A stretch of DNA of 41,594 bases. Source: Candidatus Shapirobacteria bacterium. GTDB lineage: Bacteria > Patescibacteriota > Microgenomatia > UBA12405 > BS750m-G30. The DNA lies in contig JBDRHA010000005.1 in the NCBI GenBank assembly GCA_043817235.1, positions 1 through 41,594 of the forward strand, given 5' to 3'. Position numbers and translations under genes: made by a program. Below the pieces are notes generated by a model that saw only the letters and a list, made by a program, of their open reading frames with translations, was not told the DNA's origin and did no database searches. Below are positions 32,667-41,594 of the stretch, one piece after another. Numbering within the stretch: the stretch's first letter is position 1; each line of letters starts with the position of its first letter.

Positions 32667-34730
32667 GTGAAACAAAAAAGCATTTTGGCCTATTATCTAT
32701 TGGCGATTTTCTTTTTATTCCCGCTTTTCTTTTTTCCTTTCCTTCGGGATGCTTTTATCTTAGGGAAAAATTACTTTCTGGTGCTGGCTGCTTTACTTGG
32801 CTTGGCGATTTGGGCAGTAGAGCTTTTTAAAAGCGGTAAATTTATTATCAGAGTTTCCTTTTTAACCGCTTTATTTTTTCTGCTTTCTTTATTTTTAACC
32901 GCTTATTTATTTTTCTTAGAGTCGGGAAATCGATATGAAGCAATTTTTGGCCAGCCAGCAACAGGTACAGTTTTGGCTTTAGCCATCATCTATTTTCTGG
33001 CGACTCAGGCCCTCCGACTCGGAGGGCAAGCCCCGACAGAAGAAAAACCAAGCTTTTTTATTAAAATTCTGGGCTTTTCGGCCGGTTTACTGGCTCTTTC
33101 TAATATTATTTTATTTATTATTCCCGCTTCTGCTTTCCCTTTAACTGTCGGCGGCCAAAATTCGCCTTTAGTTATTGGCAGCCCCTTATGGTCACCTTTC
33201 GGATCAGTATTGGAATCCCTTTGGCTTCTTGTTCCTGTATTTGTTTATTTAGTAACCGCTTTAGTGCAAAAAGTAAACAAAGAAGGGCGCCTTCAAGACT
33301 TGGTAGGTTTTGGCTTGAGCGTCGTTTTGTTAGTCGGCATTATTGCCGGTGTTTACCAGCTTATTCAAACAGACTTTGCTTTGCTTGATTTTCGGACTAC
33401 CTGGTCAATAGTGGCCGAATCTTTTAAGCGCTCGCCCTTTTTCGGCGTTGGCCCGGGCCGCTTTTCTGAGGCTTTTACTCTTTTTAAATCCGCTTCTTTT
33501 AATTCTTCAGTCTGGTGGAATACCCGCTTTGCTCGTGCTTCAGGCTGGTATTGGCAATGGTGGACGGAAACCGGCTTGATCGGCTTGACTTTTTTAGCTT
33601 GGATAATTTTAATCTTAAACAAAAAAGTAAAAGCGCTGAGCTTGAATGTGCGCCTAAGCTGGGCAGTTTTAATTATTATGCCTTTGTTTATTCCCAGCGG
33701 TCTTGGTTTTTTGTTTATGCTGTTTTTCTTTGCCAGCATTCTTAAGGAAAGAAAAGACACTCGCTTGCCCGCGCCCGAGCGCAGCGATGGCGGGCAGGTA
33801 ATTCTGCCGGCGGAAATTGAAAGAGCCGGAATTTTGACGATATTGGGGGTGGTGGGGGTGATGGTTTTAGCGAGTGGCTATTTTGTTTATCGCTATTTTA
33901 CGGGTGAATATTTGTTTTATAAATTTGTAAGGGGAATTGCCGGCGGAACCGCTCAAGACAATGACTATTATCAGGCGGTAAACAGAAATCCTTATGTAGC
34001 TAGCTTTAGAATGTTTCGCTCTCAAGTAGATATGTCGGTTTTAAATAGCATTTTGACCCAAGCGGCTGATAGCGAAACTCAGCTTGCTCAGGATCAGCAG
34101 GACCAGCTAGGATTGATTTCCCAAGAAGCTATTAATGAGGCTAAAGCAGCGGCCGCTCTCCAGCCTCAGTCGGCTATAGCTTGGGAAAACTTAGCGGTTA
34201 CCTATCGCCAGCTCATTAACCTTGCCCAGGGAGCGGATCAGTGGACGGTAGCGGCCTATCAGCAGGCGGTAGCTATAGATCCGGCTAATCCTCGTTTAAG
34301 AGTGGATTTTGGCGGGGTTTATTATGGATTGGGCGATTATGAAACAGCCGCTCGTCAGTTTGAGCTGGCTGTAAGTTTAAAAGGGGACTATCCTAATGCT
34401 TGGTATAACTATGCCTGGTCTTTGAAACAGCAGAATAAATTGCAGGGATCGGTGCAGGCGCTTCAGCAATCTCTAACCTTAGTGACTGCAGATACGCCGG
34501 ATTATCAGCAAGGCCAAGAGCTTTTGCAGGAATGGCAAAAGGAACTTGATGCCGCTTTGGCCCAGGCCGCCGCCCAGCAGCAGCAACAGCAGGAACAACA
34601 GCAGCCGACCGAGCTAGTGCCGCCTCAACCACTGCCTAGTCCCCAAATAGAAGAACCGATTGAGCTTCCCCAAGAAGCCGCGCCGGAAATTGAGATCACC
34701 CCGACACCGGAAGAACAACAAGCAGAGTAA
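32667..34730 (+). CDS. Polytopic membrane protein, O-antigen ligase/oligosaccharyltransferase-like, with C-terminal TPRs
   Basis: About 12 TM segments; Wzy_C-like 'PFFGVGPGRF...TETGLIGL'; TPRs 'AYQQAVAIDPANPRLRVDFGGVYY'. Confidence 0.75.
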   Translation: MKQKSILAYYLLAIFFLFPLFFFPFLRDAFILGKNYFLVLAALLGLAIWAVELFKSGKFIIRVSFLTALFFLLSLFLTAYLFFLESGNRYEAIFGQPATGTVLALAIIYFLATQALRLGGQAPTEEKPSFFIKILGFSAGLLALSNIILFIIPASAFPLTVGGQNSPLVIGSPLWSPFGSVLESLWLLVPVFVYLVTALVQKVNKEGRLQDLVGFGLSVVLLVGIIAGVYQLIQTDFALLDFRTTWSIVAESFKRSPFFGVGPGRFSEAFTLFKSASFNSSVWWNTRFARASGWYWQWWTETGLIGLTFLAWIILILNKKVKALSLNVRLSWAVLIIMPLFIPSGLGFLFMLFFFASILKERKDTRLPAPERSDGGQVILPAEIERAGILTILGVVGVMVLASGYFVYRYFTGEYLFYKFVRGIAGGTAQDNDYYQAVNRNPYVASFRMFRSQVDMSVLNSILTQAADSETQLAQDQQDQLGLISQEAINEAKAAAALQPQSAIAWENLAVTYRQLINLAQGADQWTVAAYQQAVAIDPANPRLRVDFGGVYYGLGDYETAARQFELAVSLKGDYPNAWYNYAWSLKQQNKLQGSVQALQQSLTLVTADTPDYQQGQELLQEWQKELDAALAQAAAQQQQQQEQQQPTELVPPQPLPSPQIEEPIELPQEAAPEIEITPTPEEQQAE

Positions 34731-34750
34731 AATCCTAAATTCCAAACTTC

Positions 34751-35006
34751 AGGCTTGATAAATCAAACCCCCTGCAAAAAGACAAATCAACCAAATGCCA
34801 TTGCCAGAAACAATGTCATCTCGAGCGTAGTCGAGAGATCTTCGGAACTAAAAGATCCTTCGGCTGCGCCCCGCAGCTGCGGGGCTTCGCTCAGGATGAC
34901 TATTTACAGTGTCATTCCGAGCGAGGCCTCCGAGTCGAGGAATCTTTTGTAGTTAAAGAAGAGATTAGTTAATTCTCAAAGATCTCTCGGTTACACTCGA
35001 GATGAC
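34751..35006. repeat. Composite nested REP-like element between convergent genes
   Basis: Same core as the other copies plus a second GTCATTCCGAG...CTCGAGATGAC unit. Confidence 0.9.
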
Positions 35007-35051
35007 ACAGACTTTAACTTAGATTTTAACTTTAATTTTCAATTAGCTTTG

Positions 35052-36119
35052 CTAATTAATTATCCACCACCTGAAGCTTATTTCATGATCCAAGGGTTGA
35101 GAAATTCCGACCTTGAAGAATCCGGAGGCCTTGGCCTCTACTTTTAGAACTTCATTATTTACTTCGTCTATTGCGGCTAAATATACTTGGGAATTAGCCT
35201 TAAGCTTGTTGCTGTTAATCATTATTTCTTTCTCCCCAGCCGGCAAAATGGCAATTCCGGAAAGAGCATTGGAGTCCAAAGCAGCGCTTATCTCCTCAGC
35301 CTCATCACCCGGCTCGGCAATAATTAGATTCCGGGCTAAGTTTGCTTCCAGCTGAGGGGGCGAATCAGGTAAAACTAGGTCATCTTCAGCTAAGAGCAGA
35401 GTGGAGTTGGCAAAATCAGATTCGCTCATTAATTTTTTTAAGATCTGAATCTCTTTGCTTACTTCCTTTTTTTGATTTTCGTCAATTACTAATGCCAAAA
35501 TCCGCTCATAGCTTTTTTCTGCCTCTTTTATCTGGCCTAATTTAGTTTGCAAATCAGCCAATTCATACCAGGCCTGAGCGCTGGTGGGGTTAAGGTAAGC
35601 GGCATTTTGCCAGCTTGTTAAGGCTCCCGGCAGGTTGTTGAGCTTAACCAAAAGCTTAGCAGCTTCCTCGTAATATTCTATTTGGTTGGGGGCAAGCCGA
35701 GAAGCCATTTGAAAATCTTTTAAAGCCGACTCCAGGGCATTGTCTAAATATCTTTCAATAGTCTTATATATTTTGCCCCGCTGGGCATAGCCGCGGGCGT
35801 CTTGGGGGGCGCTAATTGTTGCTTGGGTGGCTTGGGTGATTGCTTGATTAATCAGTTCTGCGACCTGGTTATTTTTACTGCTGTCTTGGTTTTGGGAAGA
35901 GAGAGAAACAGCCTTAGAAAGCAAAGCCTGGCTTTCTAGTAAATACTGGCTGACAATTTGGCCGGGAACGGTTTGATAGCTGCCTTGGGCGCTGGCTAGT
36001 TTTTCTTCGTACCTGCCGGAGGGAACAACGTGTTCATAAGGACGCAGTAAAATTTGGCCGACAGTCAAGCCGCCGACGATGGGAATTAGTAAAAATATTT
36101 TTTTCTTCATTTTTCTCAT
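35052..36119 (-). CDS. Membrane-anchored TPR protein whose C-terminal beta domain is shared with the fibre protein
   Basis: N-terminal hydrophobic segment; TPRs 'PQDARGYAQRGKIY' and 'PTSAQAWYELA'; ends 'ISFRWWIIN'. Confidence 0.75.
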   Translation of the reverse strand: MRKMKKKIFLLIPIVGGLTVGQILLRPYEHVVPSGRYEEKLASAQGSYQTVPGQIVSQYLLESQALLSKAVSLSSQNQDSSKNNQVAELINQAITQATQATISAPQDARGYAQRGKIYKTIERYLDNALESALKDFQMASRLAPNQIEYYEEAAKLLVKLNNLPGALTSWQNAAYLNPTSAQAWYELADLQTKLGQIKEAEKSYERILALVIDENQKKEVSKEIQILKKLMSESDFANSTLLLAEDDLVLPDSPPQLEANLARNLIIAEPGDEAEEISAALDSNALSGIAILPAGEKEIMINSNKLKANSQVYLAAIDEVNNEVLKVEAKASGFFKVGISQPLDHEISFRWWIIN

Positions 36120-38164
36120 TCTACCTTAACCCCCTCCATTTTCAAACCCTCAAATTTAAATGGCCCGGGCGGAGCGGGTGTGTCGGTGGCATAAGGGGGA
36201 AGGGTAGGGGTGGGAGCAGTATAGACAATGCTTAAACTTGGCCCGTCGGAAACTGAAACATCGTAAGTACGAAAACTGCGCAAATTGCCGGCTGTTGTGC
36301 CGTTATCTTTAGACATAAGCAAGATAGCATAGCCGCTGGACCAGGTCCCTCGGTTGATAATTTCCTGAACAATTGAACTTAAGTCTGGAGCTGCATAGCG
36401 GCTTTGGAAGCTCCAGCTGGCTGAAATATTCCAGTTAACACTAGCAGAAGTTAAAGCGCGGCCGCGAAAGTCAGTACTATTGGTGGGCGCGGCCGGATTA
36501 TCAGCATCATTAGCATAAAAAGTGATATTGGCTGTAGTGGAGTAAGTTCCTCCTGATTCCCATTCTAGGGTGGCACTGCTAATGGTAGAGCCTTGAGGAA
36601 TAGTGACATTGGGAAATCGGTTCCAGGTGCCGTAAGAAGTGCCGCCTGGCAGTTTGCCAAAAACTGCAACTACCAAGCCGCTATCAAAACCATCCCCAGA
36701 AACATCATAGCACCGGCCGTCGTCAGCGCTAGCGCCGGTTTGCAGATTTAGGGTTGTGTCAATATAGAGCGGATAGGTGCGCGCCGAGCTGGCAAGCCAG
36801 ATTAAATTGGCAGAATCTAAAGCTTTCGTGACCTGATATTTCTGGCTTTGGCTGTTAAGTGATTCTATTTGATATTTTAGGATTTGAGGATCAGCAAAAT
36901 TCTCTTCATACATCAAGGGAATCGGGAAAGAAAACAGGGGATCGGTTTGCTCCTGAGCGAAAAAATTAATTGACCCGTCATCTTCTTTTTTCAAACTAAC
37001 GCCGCTAATTTCAATTTGCTGAATAAGTTTGCTGATATTTTTGGCGCTTTGCGGGTTTTTGACTATATATTCTTCCAAAAGCCGAGATTCGGTTAAAGTA
37101 TAGCGCAAATCAACACCCGAAAAAATTTCCGGATAAGTCAAAGTATTATTTTGAGCAATGGCCGCAGATTGGGTATTTAAGGCTCCCAGGCCGGGCTGAT
37201 TATTATTAATTGCCTGCCGAACAACACTATCGTTAATTTGGGTTTTCAAAAAATAATCTTCAGAAAGATCTTTTTTAAAATACACTTTCATCTTATTGGC
37301 CGTCACTTCAAAAGTAAAATTCGGATCATTAGACTTTTTGAAAGTGGTATCAATTTCCTGAAGATCGCCGGAATTATCTAGATGGTGAATATCCCCGGCC
37401 CGAATAATAGCGGTTAATCCGCCCTCGGGATTAGCATAAGTTTTGCTGTTTTCTGTTCTTAAGCTGGCAATTTCGTTGTTTTGGGGCGGGATTTCCAAAG
37501 ACGGGTCAATAATTACCGGATAGGCGCGGCTCGAGTCGGAGAGCCAGTTTTTGTCCGCTTTTACTTCAAAATACTCCTGACTATTTTCTATTAAATAATT
37601 AATTTGTATTTTATCGGAAGTTTTTCCTTGAGCATCAGTCATGGAGGCTTTAGGAATATGAAAAACCGGATTTTTAAATTCCAAATCATCTTTTTGGTAA
37701 AAATACCACAGCCCTTCGAGTCTTTTTTTGACCATTAAGTTATCAAAATTTAAGGCATAAAGAAAGCGGTTATTAATAGCCTCCGGGGTATTGACAATTA
37801 TTTCTTCTTTTAAGCCCTGGCTAGTAATTTTATAGACAATATCCACTTCATTTTGAGCATCCTTAATTTTAATTTCCCGGCTATTTTCTTCGTTAAAGCT
37901 AAATTCTTTGTCGCCAATTTGGGGAGTAAGCAGCAGGCTGGAATTTTTTGAGGCGAACTTAATTTGTGGTTCTTCAGCCTCTTGGCGAAAATAAACCTGA
38001 AACTGGGGAGAAGGGGAGGTAGCCCCATATTGCCAGTCGCCGCTCGCTAATTTTTTTATTTTTGGCGTTTTATTTTTATTTAAGTTTAGAAACAATAAGC
38101 CCAAAAGCGCCCCCGCTCCGATAATAAGCAGATAAAGACCAGTGTTGCCGCGTCTATTTTTCAT
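36116..38164 (-). CDS. Membrane-anchored surface protein with two tandem WapA/RHS-N-like beta domains and a DNRLRE/CBM96-like domain
   Basis: Duplicated motifs 'GLKEEIIVN...RAYPVIIDPS' and 'RLLEEYIVKN...RTYPLYIDTT'; 'IPQGSTISSATL...DLSSIVQEII'. Confidence 0.6.
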   Translation of the reverse strand: MKNRRGNTGLYLLIIGAGALLGLLFLNLNKNKTPKIKKLASGDWQYGATSPSPQFQVYFRQEAEEPQIKFASKNSSLLLTPQIGDKEFSFNEENSREIKIKDAQNEVDIVYKITSQGLKEEIIVNTPEAINNRFLYALNFDNLMVKKRLEGLWYFYQKDDLEFKNPVFHIPKASMTDAQGKTSDKIQINYLIENSQEYFEVKADKNWLSDSSRAYPVIIDPSLEIPPQNNEIASLRTENSKTYANPEGGLTAIIRAGDIHHLDNSGDLQEIDTTFKKSNDPNFTFEVTANKMKVYFKKDLSEDYFLKTQINDSVVRQAINNNQPGLGALNTQSAAIAQNNTLTYPEIFSGVDLRYTLTESRLLEEYIVKNPQSAKNISKLIQQIEISGVSLKKEDDGSINFFAQEQTDPLFSFPIPLMYEENFADPQILKYQIESLNSQSQKYQVTKALDSANLIWLASSARTYPLYIDTTLNLQTGASADDGRCYDVSGDGFDSGLVVAVFGKLPGGTSYGTWNRFPNVTIPQGSTISSATLEWESGGTYSTTANITFYANDADNPAAPTNSTDFRGRALTSASVNWNISASWSFQSRYAAPDLSSIVQEIINRGTWSSGYAILLMSKDNGTTAGNLRSFRTYDVSVSDGPSLSIVYTAPTPTLPPYATDTPAPPGPFKFEGLKMEGVKVE

Positions 38165-41100
38165 CTAATTAATCAGCCACCAATTAAATTCTACCTCATT
38201 TTCCAGAGCCTCATTCAGACTGACGACGAAATACGGATCAGTAATTTCCTCATTTTCTTCCGATTCCTCAATTGGCGCATACTTTTGGCTCACATATAAT
38301 ACTTGATTTTGAGTATCTGAAGTCGGAGTAATATAAACCAATGACTCAGGCGTTAATTGGGTTGTATAAATTATGACCCGAGCCTGGCCGGCTTCCAGGG
38401 TGCCAGCGCCAGCGCTGGCATTGCTAACCAACTGCGCCGAAGCCGTGGCCAGCTGGTCACTTTCAGTGGCTAATTCCGGGCTTTTCACGTTTACCTTGGC
38501 AAAAGTAGCGGAGCCGGAAGCATCAATGCTAGCCACTGTTTCGTTATTTTGGTCTTTAACCAATAGCGCGGCAAATCTACTTTCCTCCTTCTCTCCCAAA
38601 GAGACCACAAAATCGCCATCATTCCCGCTAAACTGAGAGGCAGCCAGCCGGCCATTAACTGTCAAGCTGCCATTAACAATCACTTGGCCAGTATCTTCAA
38701 TGATCAAAATGCCGGCTAAAATATCGACCTTGCCGCCCGTAGGCTGCAAATAAAGAGCATTATCCAAAGAAATTAAGCTATTTCCGGCTAAAACGAGATT
38801 GCCTGCCAGCAGCTGTTTATTGGTTACTAAGCTATCAACAGTGATTCGGCCTTGAATTAATAAATTGCTGGCCAAGATTAATTCTTCTTCGGGATTAGTG
38901 TTTTCCATAAGGCCGGATAAAGCAGGATTAGCAGCAGGTGCGGCAGTGCTCCAATTTTCGGCTTGCCCGGCTAAAGCGGAGCCTGTTGTTTCTCCTGTCT
39001 CGCCGAAGTCCTGCTCCTGCGGGACGGAGGCGGATCTGTTCACTAGTTCCTCCAATTCTTTCTTTACGCCCGCAATTTTGCTGGCCAATACTTCTTTTAA
39101 AGATCCCTCATTAGTAACTATTTCTTTAGCATACAAAGCCGAAAAACTCGCTTCCTGGGCTACTATGCTTTCGGCTTCGATCTGGCCATCGGCGGCCAAA
39201 TCGCCAAACACACTAACCTTCTTTTCTTTCCCATCAATTTCCATAATCTCTTCCTGTTCTTGATTTAATACTTTTAACTCTTCATTTTTAACTATTATCT
39301 GATCGACTTCGACGATTGGCGATTCGATTTTTTCAGCGACTAGTTTTTTCGTCTCCACTCGACCCGCTCGTAAACTACCGATTACGGCTTCGGCGGCGCT
39401 TAGTATTCTTTTGATGGTCTGGCCAGTGCTTTGGTTGACGACTCTCGAGCCGCCCTCCTGGCCAACAATGAGCAAGTCGCCGGTATCAGTAAGCATCAAA
39501 TCTGGATCATGCCAGCCTAAATTCATGTACAGTAAAATTTTGCCTACCCCCGCCGCTGCGGGGTCAATCGGGTCAAGATTAAACTTAGTAATGGATTTAG
39601 TGCGGTTAATTTCCTGCTCGCGTACTCCGGCCGAAACCTTCACTGATCCGTCAAAGCTCTCTAAGGCATAGCCAATAATCTTACCCGGGCCAGTTGCCTT
39701 GACCGCCACCCCGGGAATTTCCGAAGTAGTAAGAGGATCGCCGACTTTGATTGCCCCGTTTTGAGTGCTGACTTTTACCGGCACTTTACCCACTAAGGAA
39801 ATGGCAGTTGGGAAGGAGCCGGCCGGAATCGTGCCGGTGCTAAGGGGTTTGCCAAACTGGCCGACAGGCAGGGTAGAAACTACGCCAAAGGCCTCCGTTT
39901 GGTGCTCAGCGCTGGTTTTAACGGCCACTGCTCGGCCGCTTTGGCCGGCTATAGCGACAACGTCACCCGGCCGCAAATCCGCCTGAGCCCGATAATATTC
40001 GGCAATGTCTCCGGGCGTGCCGTTGCATTCTCTAAAAGCCATGTCTGTGCCCGTGCCGTCCGCCACGCTCTTGCACACCCCGACAGTCGTGTCATTATCG
40101 GTATCAATATTCATTTGAATCCTGCCGCCTACATCCAAATCCCCGCCGGCCGGGTTAATATAAATATCCCCGGAAGTGTTAGAAATGGTAGAGGTAGAAC
40201 CAGCAATGTCTAGCTTGGCGCTGGGAGCAGTTGTTCCGATGCCGACATTCGCTCCGTCAAACCAGAAAGAATTAGAACCGGCCAGAGTATTCGGATCAGA
40301 CCAGTAAGAAATTTGATTTGCGCCTCCCGAGCCATCGACTAAACTAGTGCCCCATACCCGAGAGTCAATTTCATCGGTTCTTAAATACCCGGAAGTATCT
40401 AAAACCAAAACCGAATTATCCGTTCCTGCGCCAATATTCGCCGCATTAATCAAAGAGCTAAAGTTGGCCGTGGATCCTATTCCCAAAGTTCCGCTTACTT
40501 CTAATTTATATCCTGGCCCCGTTGTCCCAATCCCGACGTTGCCGGAAAAAAGTCCGGCAATAGTAGTATTGCCAGGATCAACATAGTAATTAGTCGCGTC
40601 TTTGTCTGTAAATCGGGAAGCAAAAAGATAATTGGAAGAATCAGAATAAATGTTTCCGGAATTAAACGAAACATATCCGGCCACGTTTAGCTTATAGTTT
40701 CCGGGAGCGGTAGTGCCGATGCCGACATTTCCGCTCGTTTGGTAAAGAACCGAGTCTCCTAAGGTAGTTCCTGCGGTCCAAAGAGGCAAGTAGTTAGCGG
40801 TTCCACTGCCGCCTGTTCCCACCGAACTAATGTCTGACCAGGAAGCCAAACCAACACTATCCGAAGTTAATACTTTGTTTGTTCCCGGAGAACCACCTGT
40901 GATTTTCAACTGTCCGGCAACTTCCAGCTTCGCCCCCGGCCCTGTCGTCCCAATGCCGACGTTGCCCGCTGTATTAACCGTCAACACATCTCCTGCATTA
41001 CTTCCTAGAGCTACACCAGCATACCCATGAACCCTTATTCTAGCTGCTCCTTCAGCAGCGAAATCAGTAATATAATAATTCGATGCATCATTGCTCCAAC

Positions 41101-41593
41101 CAATTGTTTGGTCTCCAGAAAAGAGAAGATTGCCTGAACTGTCTACTCTAAAGTTATCAGCTGCACCGACTGTAAGCAACGCACTCGGCCCCGTCGTCCC
41201 GATGCCGACGTTGCCAGTATTTGTATCTACAAACAGCCCACTTGTTGTTGAACCCTCACGACCTATATGGACAATTTTATAAGCGCTGCTGTTGTATGCG
41301 TAAATGTCTCCTATATCTTGACTAAATCTAAGATCACCTGTTGTTATATTTAGGGCATCTCCTGATTTTCCAAGATGTAACGTATCTGAAAAATAACCAT
41401 TACCCGTAACTTCTAGTTTATAACTCGGCCCCGTCGTCCCAATGCCCACATTGCCGGATGCTTGGTAAAGAACCGAATTTCCCAGATTACTGGCATTTGT
41501 CCAGATGGGAAGATAATTAGTCGTGCCACTTCCGGTTATTCCCGCTGAAGTAGCATCATACAAAGCTTGATCAAGAGCATTAATACTGGCAGT
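38165..41593 (-). CDS. Giant fibre/adhesin-like protein with GNVGIGTT repeats and a peptidase G2/S74-type autocleaving chaperone domain (5'-truncated by window edge)
   Basis: Frame is open to the window end; six (G/A)NVGIGTT repeats; 'DIAEYY...GDVV...FGVVST...LVGKVPVKV...IKVGDPLTTSEIPGVAVKA...IIGYALE'; ends 'VEFNWWLIN'. Confidence 0.8.
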   Translation of the reverse strand, partial: TASINALDQALYDATSAGITGSGTTNYLPIWTNASNLGNSVLYQASGNVGIGTTGPSYKLEVTGNGYFSDTLHLGKSGDALNITTGDLRFSQDIGDIYAYNSSAYKIVHIGREGSTTSGLFVDTNTGNVGIGTTGPSALLTVGAADNFRVDSSGNLLFSGDQTIGWSNDASNYYITDFAAEGAARIRVHGYAGVALGSNAGDVLTVNTAGNVGIGTTGPGAKLEVAGQLKITGGSPGTNKVLTSDSVGLASWSDISSVGTGGSGTANYLPLWTAGTTLGDSVLYQTSGNVGIGTTAPGNYKLNVAGYVSFNSGNIYSDSSNYLFASRFTDKDATNYYVDPGNTTIAGLFSGNVGIGTTGPGYKLEVSGTLGIGSTANFSSLINAANIGAGTDNSVLVLDTSGYLRTDEIDSRVWGTSLVDGSGGANQISYWSDPNTLAGSNSFWFDGANVGIGTTAPSAKLDIAGSTSTISNTSGDIYINPAGGDLDVGGRIQMNIDTDNDTTVGVCKSVADGTGTDMAFRECNGTPGDIAEYYRAQADLRPGDVVAIAGQSGRAVAVKTSAEHQTEAFGVVSTLPVGQFGKPLSTGTIPAGSFPTAISLVGKVPVKVSTQNGAIKVGDPLTTSEIPGVAVKATGPGKIIGYALESFDGSVKVSAGVREQEINRTKSITKFNLDPIDPAAAGVGKILLYMNLGWHDPDLMLTDTGDLLIVGQEGGSRVVNQSTGQTIKRILSAAEAVIGSLRAGRVETKKLVAEKIESPIVEVDQIIVKNEELKVLNQEQEEIMEIDGKEKKVSVFGDLAADGQIEAESIVAQEASFSALYAKEIVTNEGSLKEVLASKIAGVKKELEELVNRSASVPQEQDFGETGETTGSALAGQAENWSTAAPAANPALSGLMENTNPEEELILASNLLIQGRITVDSLVTNKQLLAGNLVLAGNSLISLDNALYLQPTGGKVDILAGILIIEDTGQVIVNGSLTVNGRLAASQFSGNDGDFVVSLGEKEESRFAALLVKDQNNETVASIDASGSATFAKVNVKSPELATESDQLATASAQLVSNASAGAGTLEAGQARVIIYTTQLTPESLVYITPTSDTQNQVLYVSQKYAPIEESEENEEITDPYFVVSLNEALENEVEFNWWLIN

Positions 41594-41594
41594 A

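Noticed and set aside
7895-35006. CRISPR array
   Set aside because: The repeats are dispersed, long and nested, not regularly spaced with unique spacers, and there are no cas genes.
38165-41593. Prophage tail region
   Set aside because: No capsid, terminase, integrase or other phage genes; neighbouring genes are membrane-anchored cellular surface proteins.

Overview
A 41.6-kb bacterial chromosomal segment. The gene repertoire (PT-linker surface proteins, PilX-like pilin, dockerin-tagged glycosidases, many leaderless genes) suggests Patescibacteria/CPR, most like Microgenomates; this is inferred, not proven. Housekeeping anchors are groES-groEL, rho, radA and tRNA-Cys(GCA). Main accessory elements: (1) A RiPP-like cassette (4357-6328) containing an unannotated 55-aa precursor with a YxxPxI leader and a CSC...DNPY core, a GNAT, and an RRE/PqqD joined to a radical SAM-SPASM domain only through a -1 shift at an in-phase A_AAA_AAG heptamer. 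Perfect 50-bp direct repeats bound the cassette. (2) A ~460-nt highly base-paired transcript (about 8397-8856) with its own promoter and terminator, inside a repeat-bounded island. (3) An operon of exported glycoside hydrolases with full or truncated dockerins, ending in a membrane-anchored cohesin+dockerin protein, suggesting a cellulosome-like surface complex. (4) A VapBC-like TA module bounded by a 16-bp duplication of a promoter -35 box. (5) A fibre-adhesin operon in which two proteins share a C-terminal domain. About ten nested palindromic REP/RPE-like elements fill the intergenic spaces, and short palindromes also sit in-frame inside several genes, including radA. All calls come from reading motifs by eye; no database searches were run.
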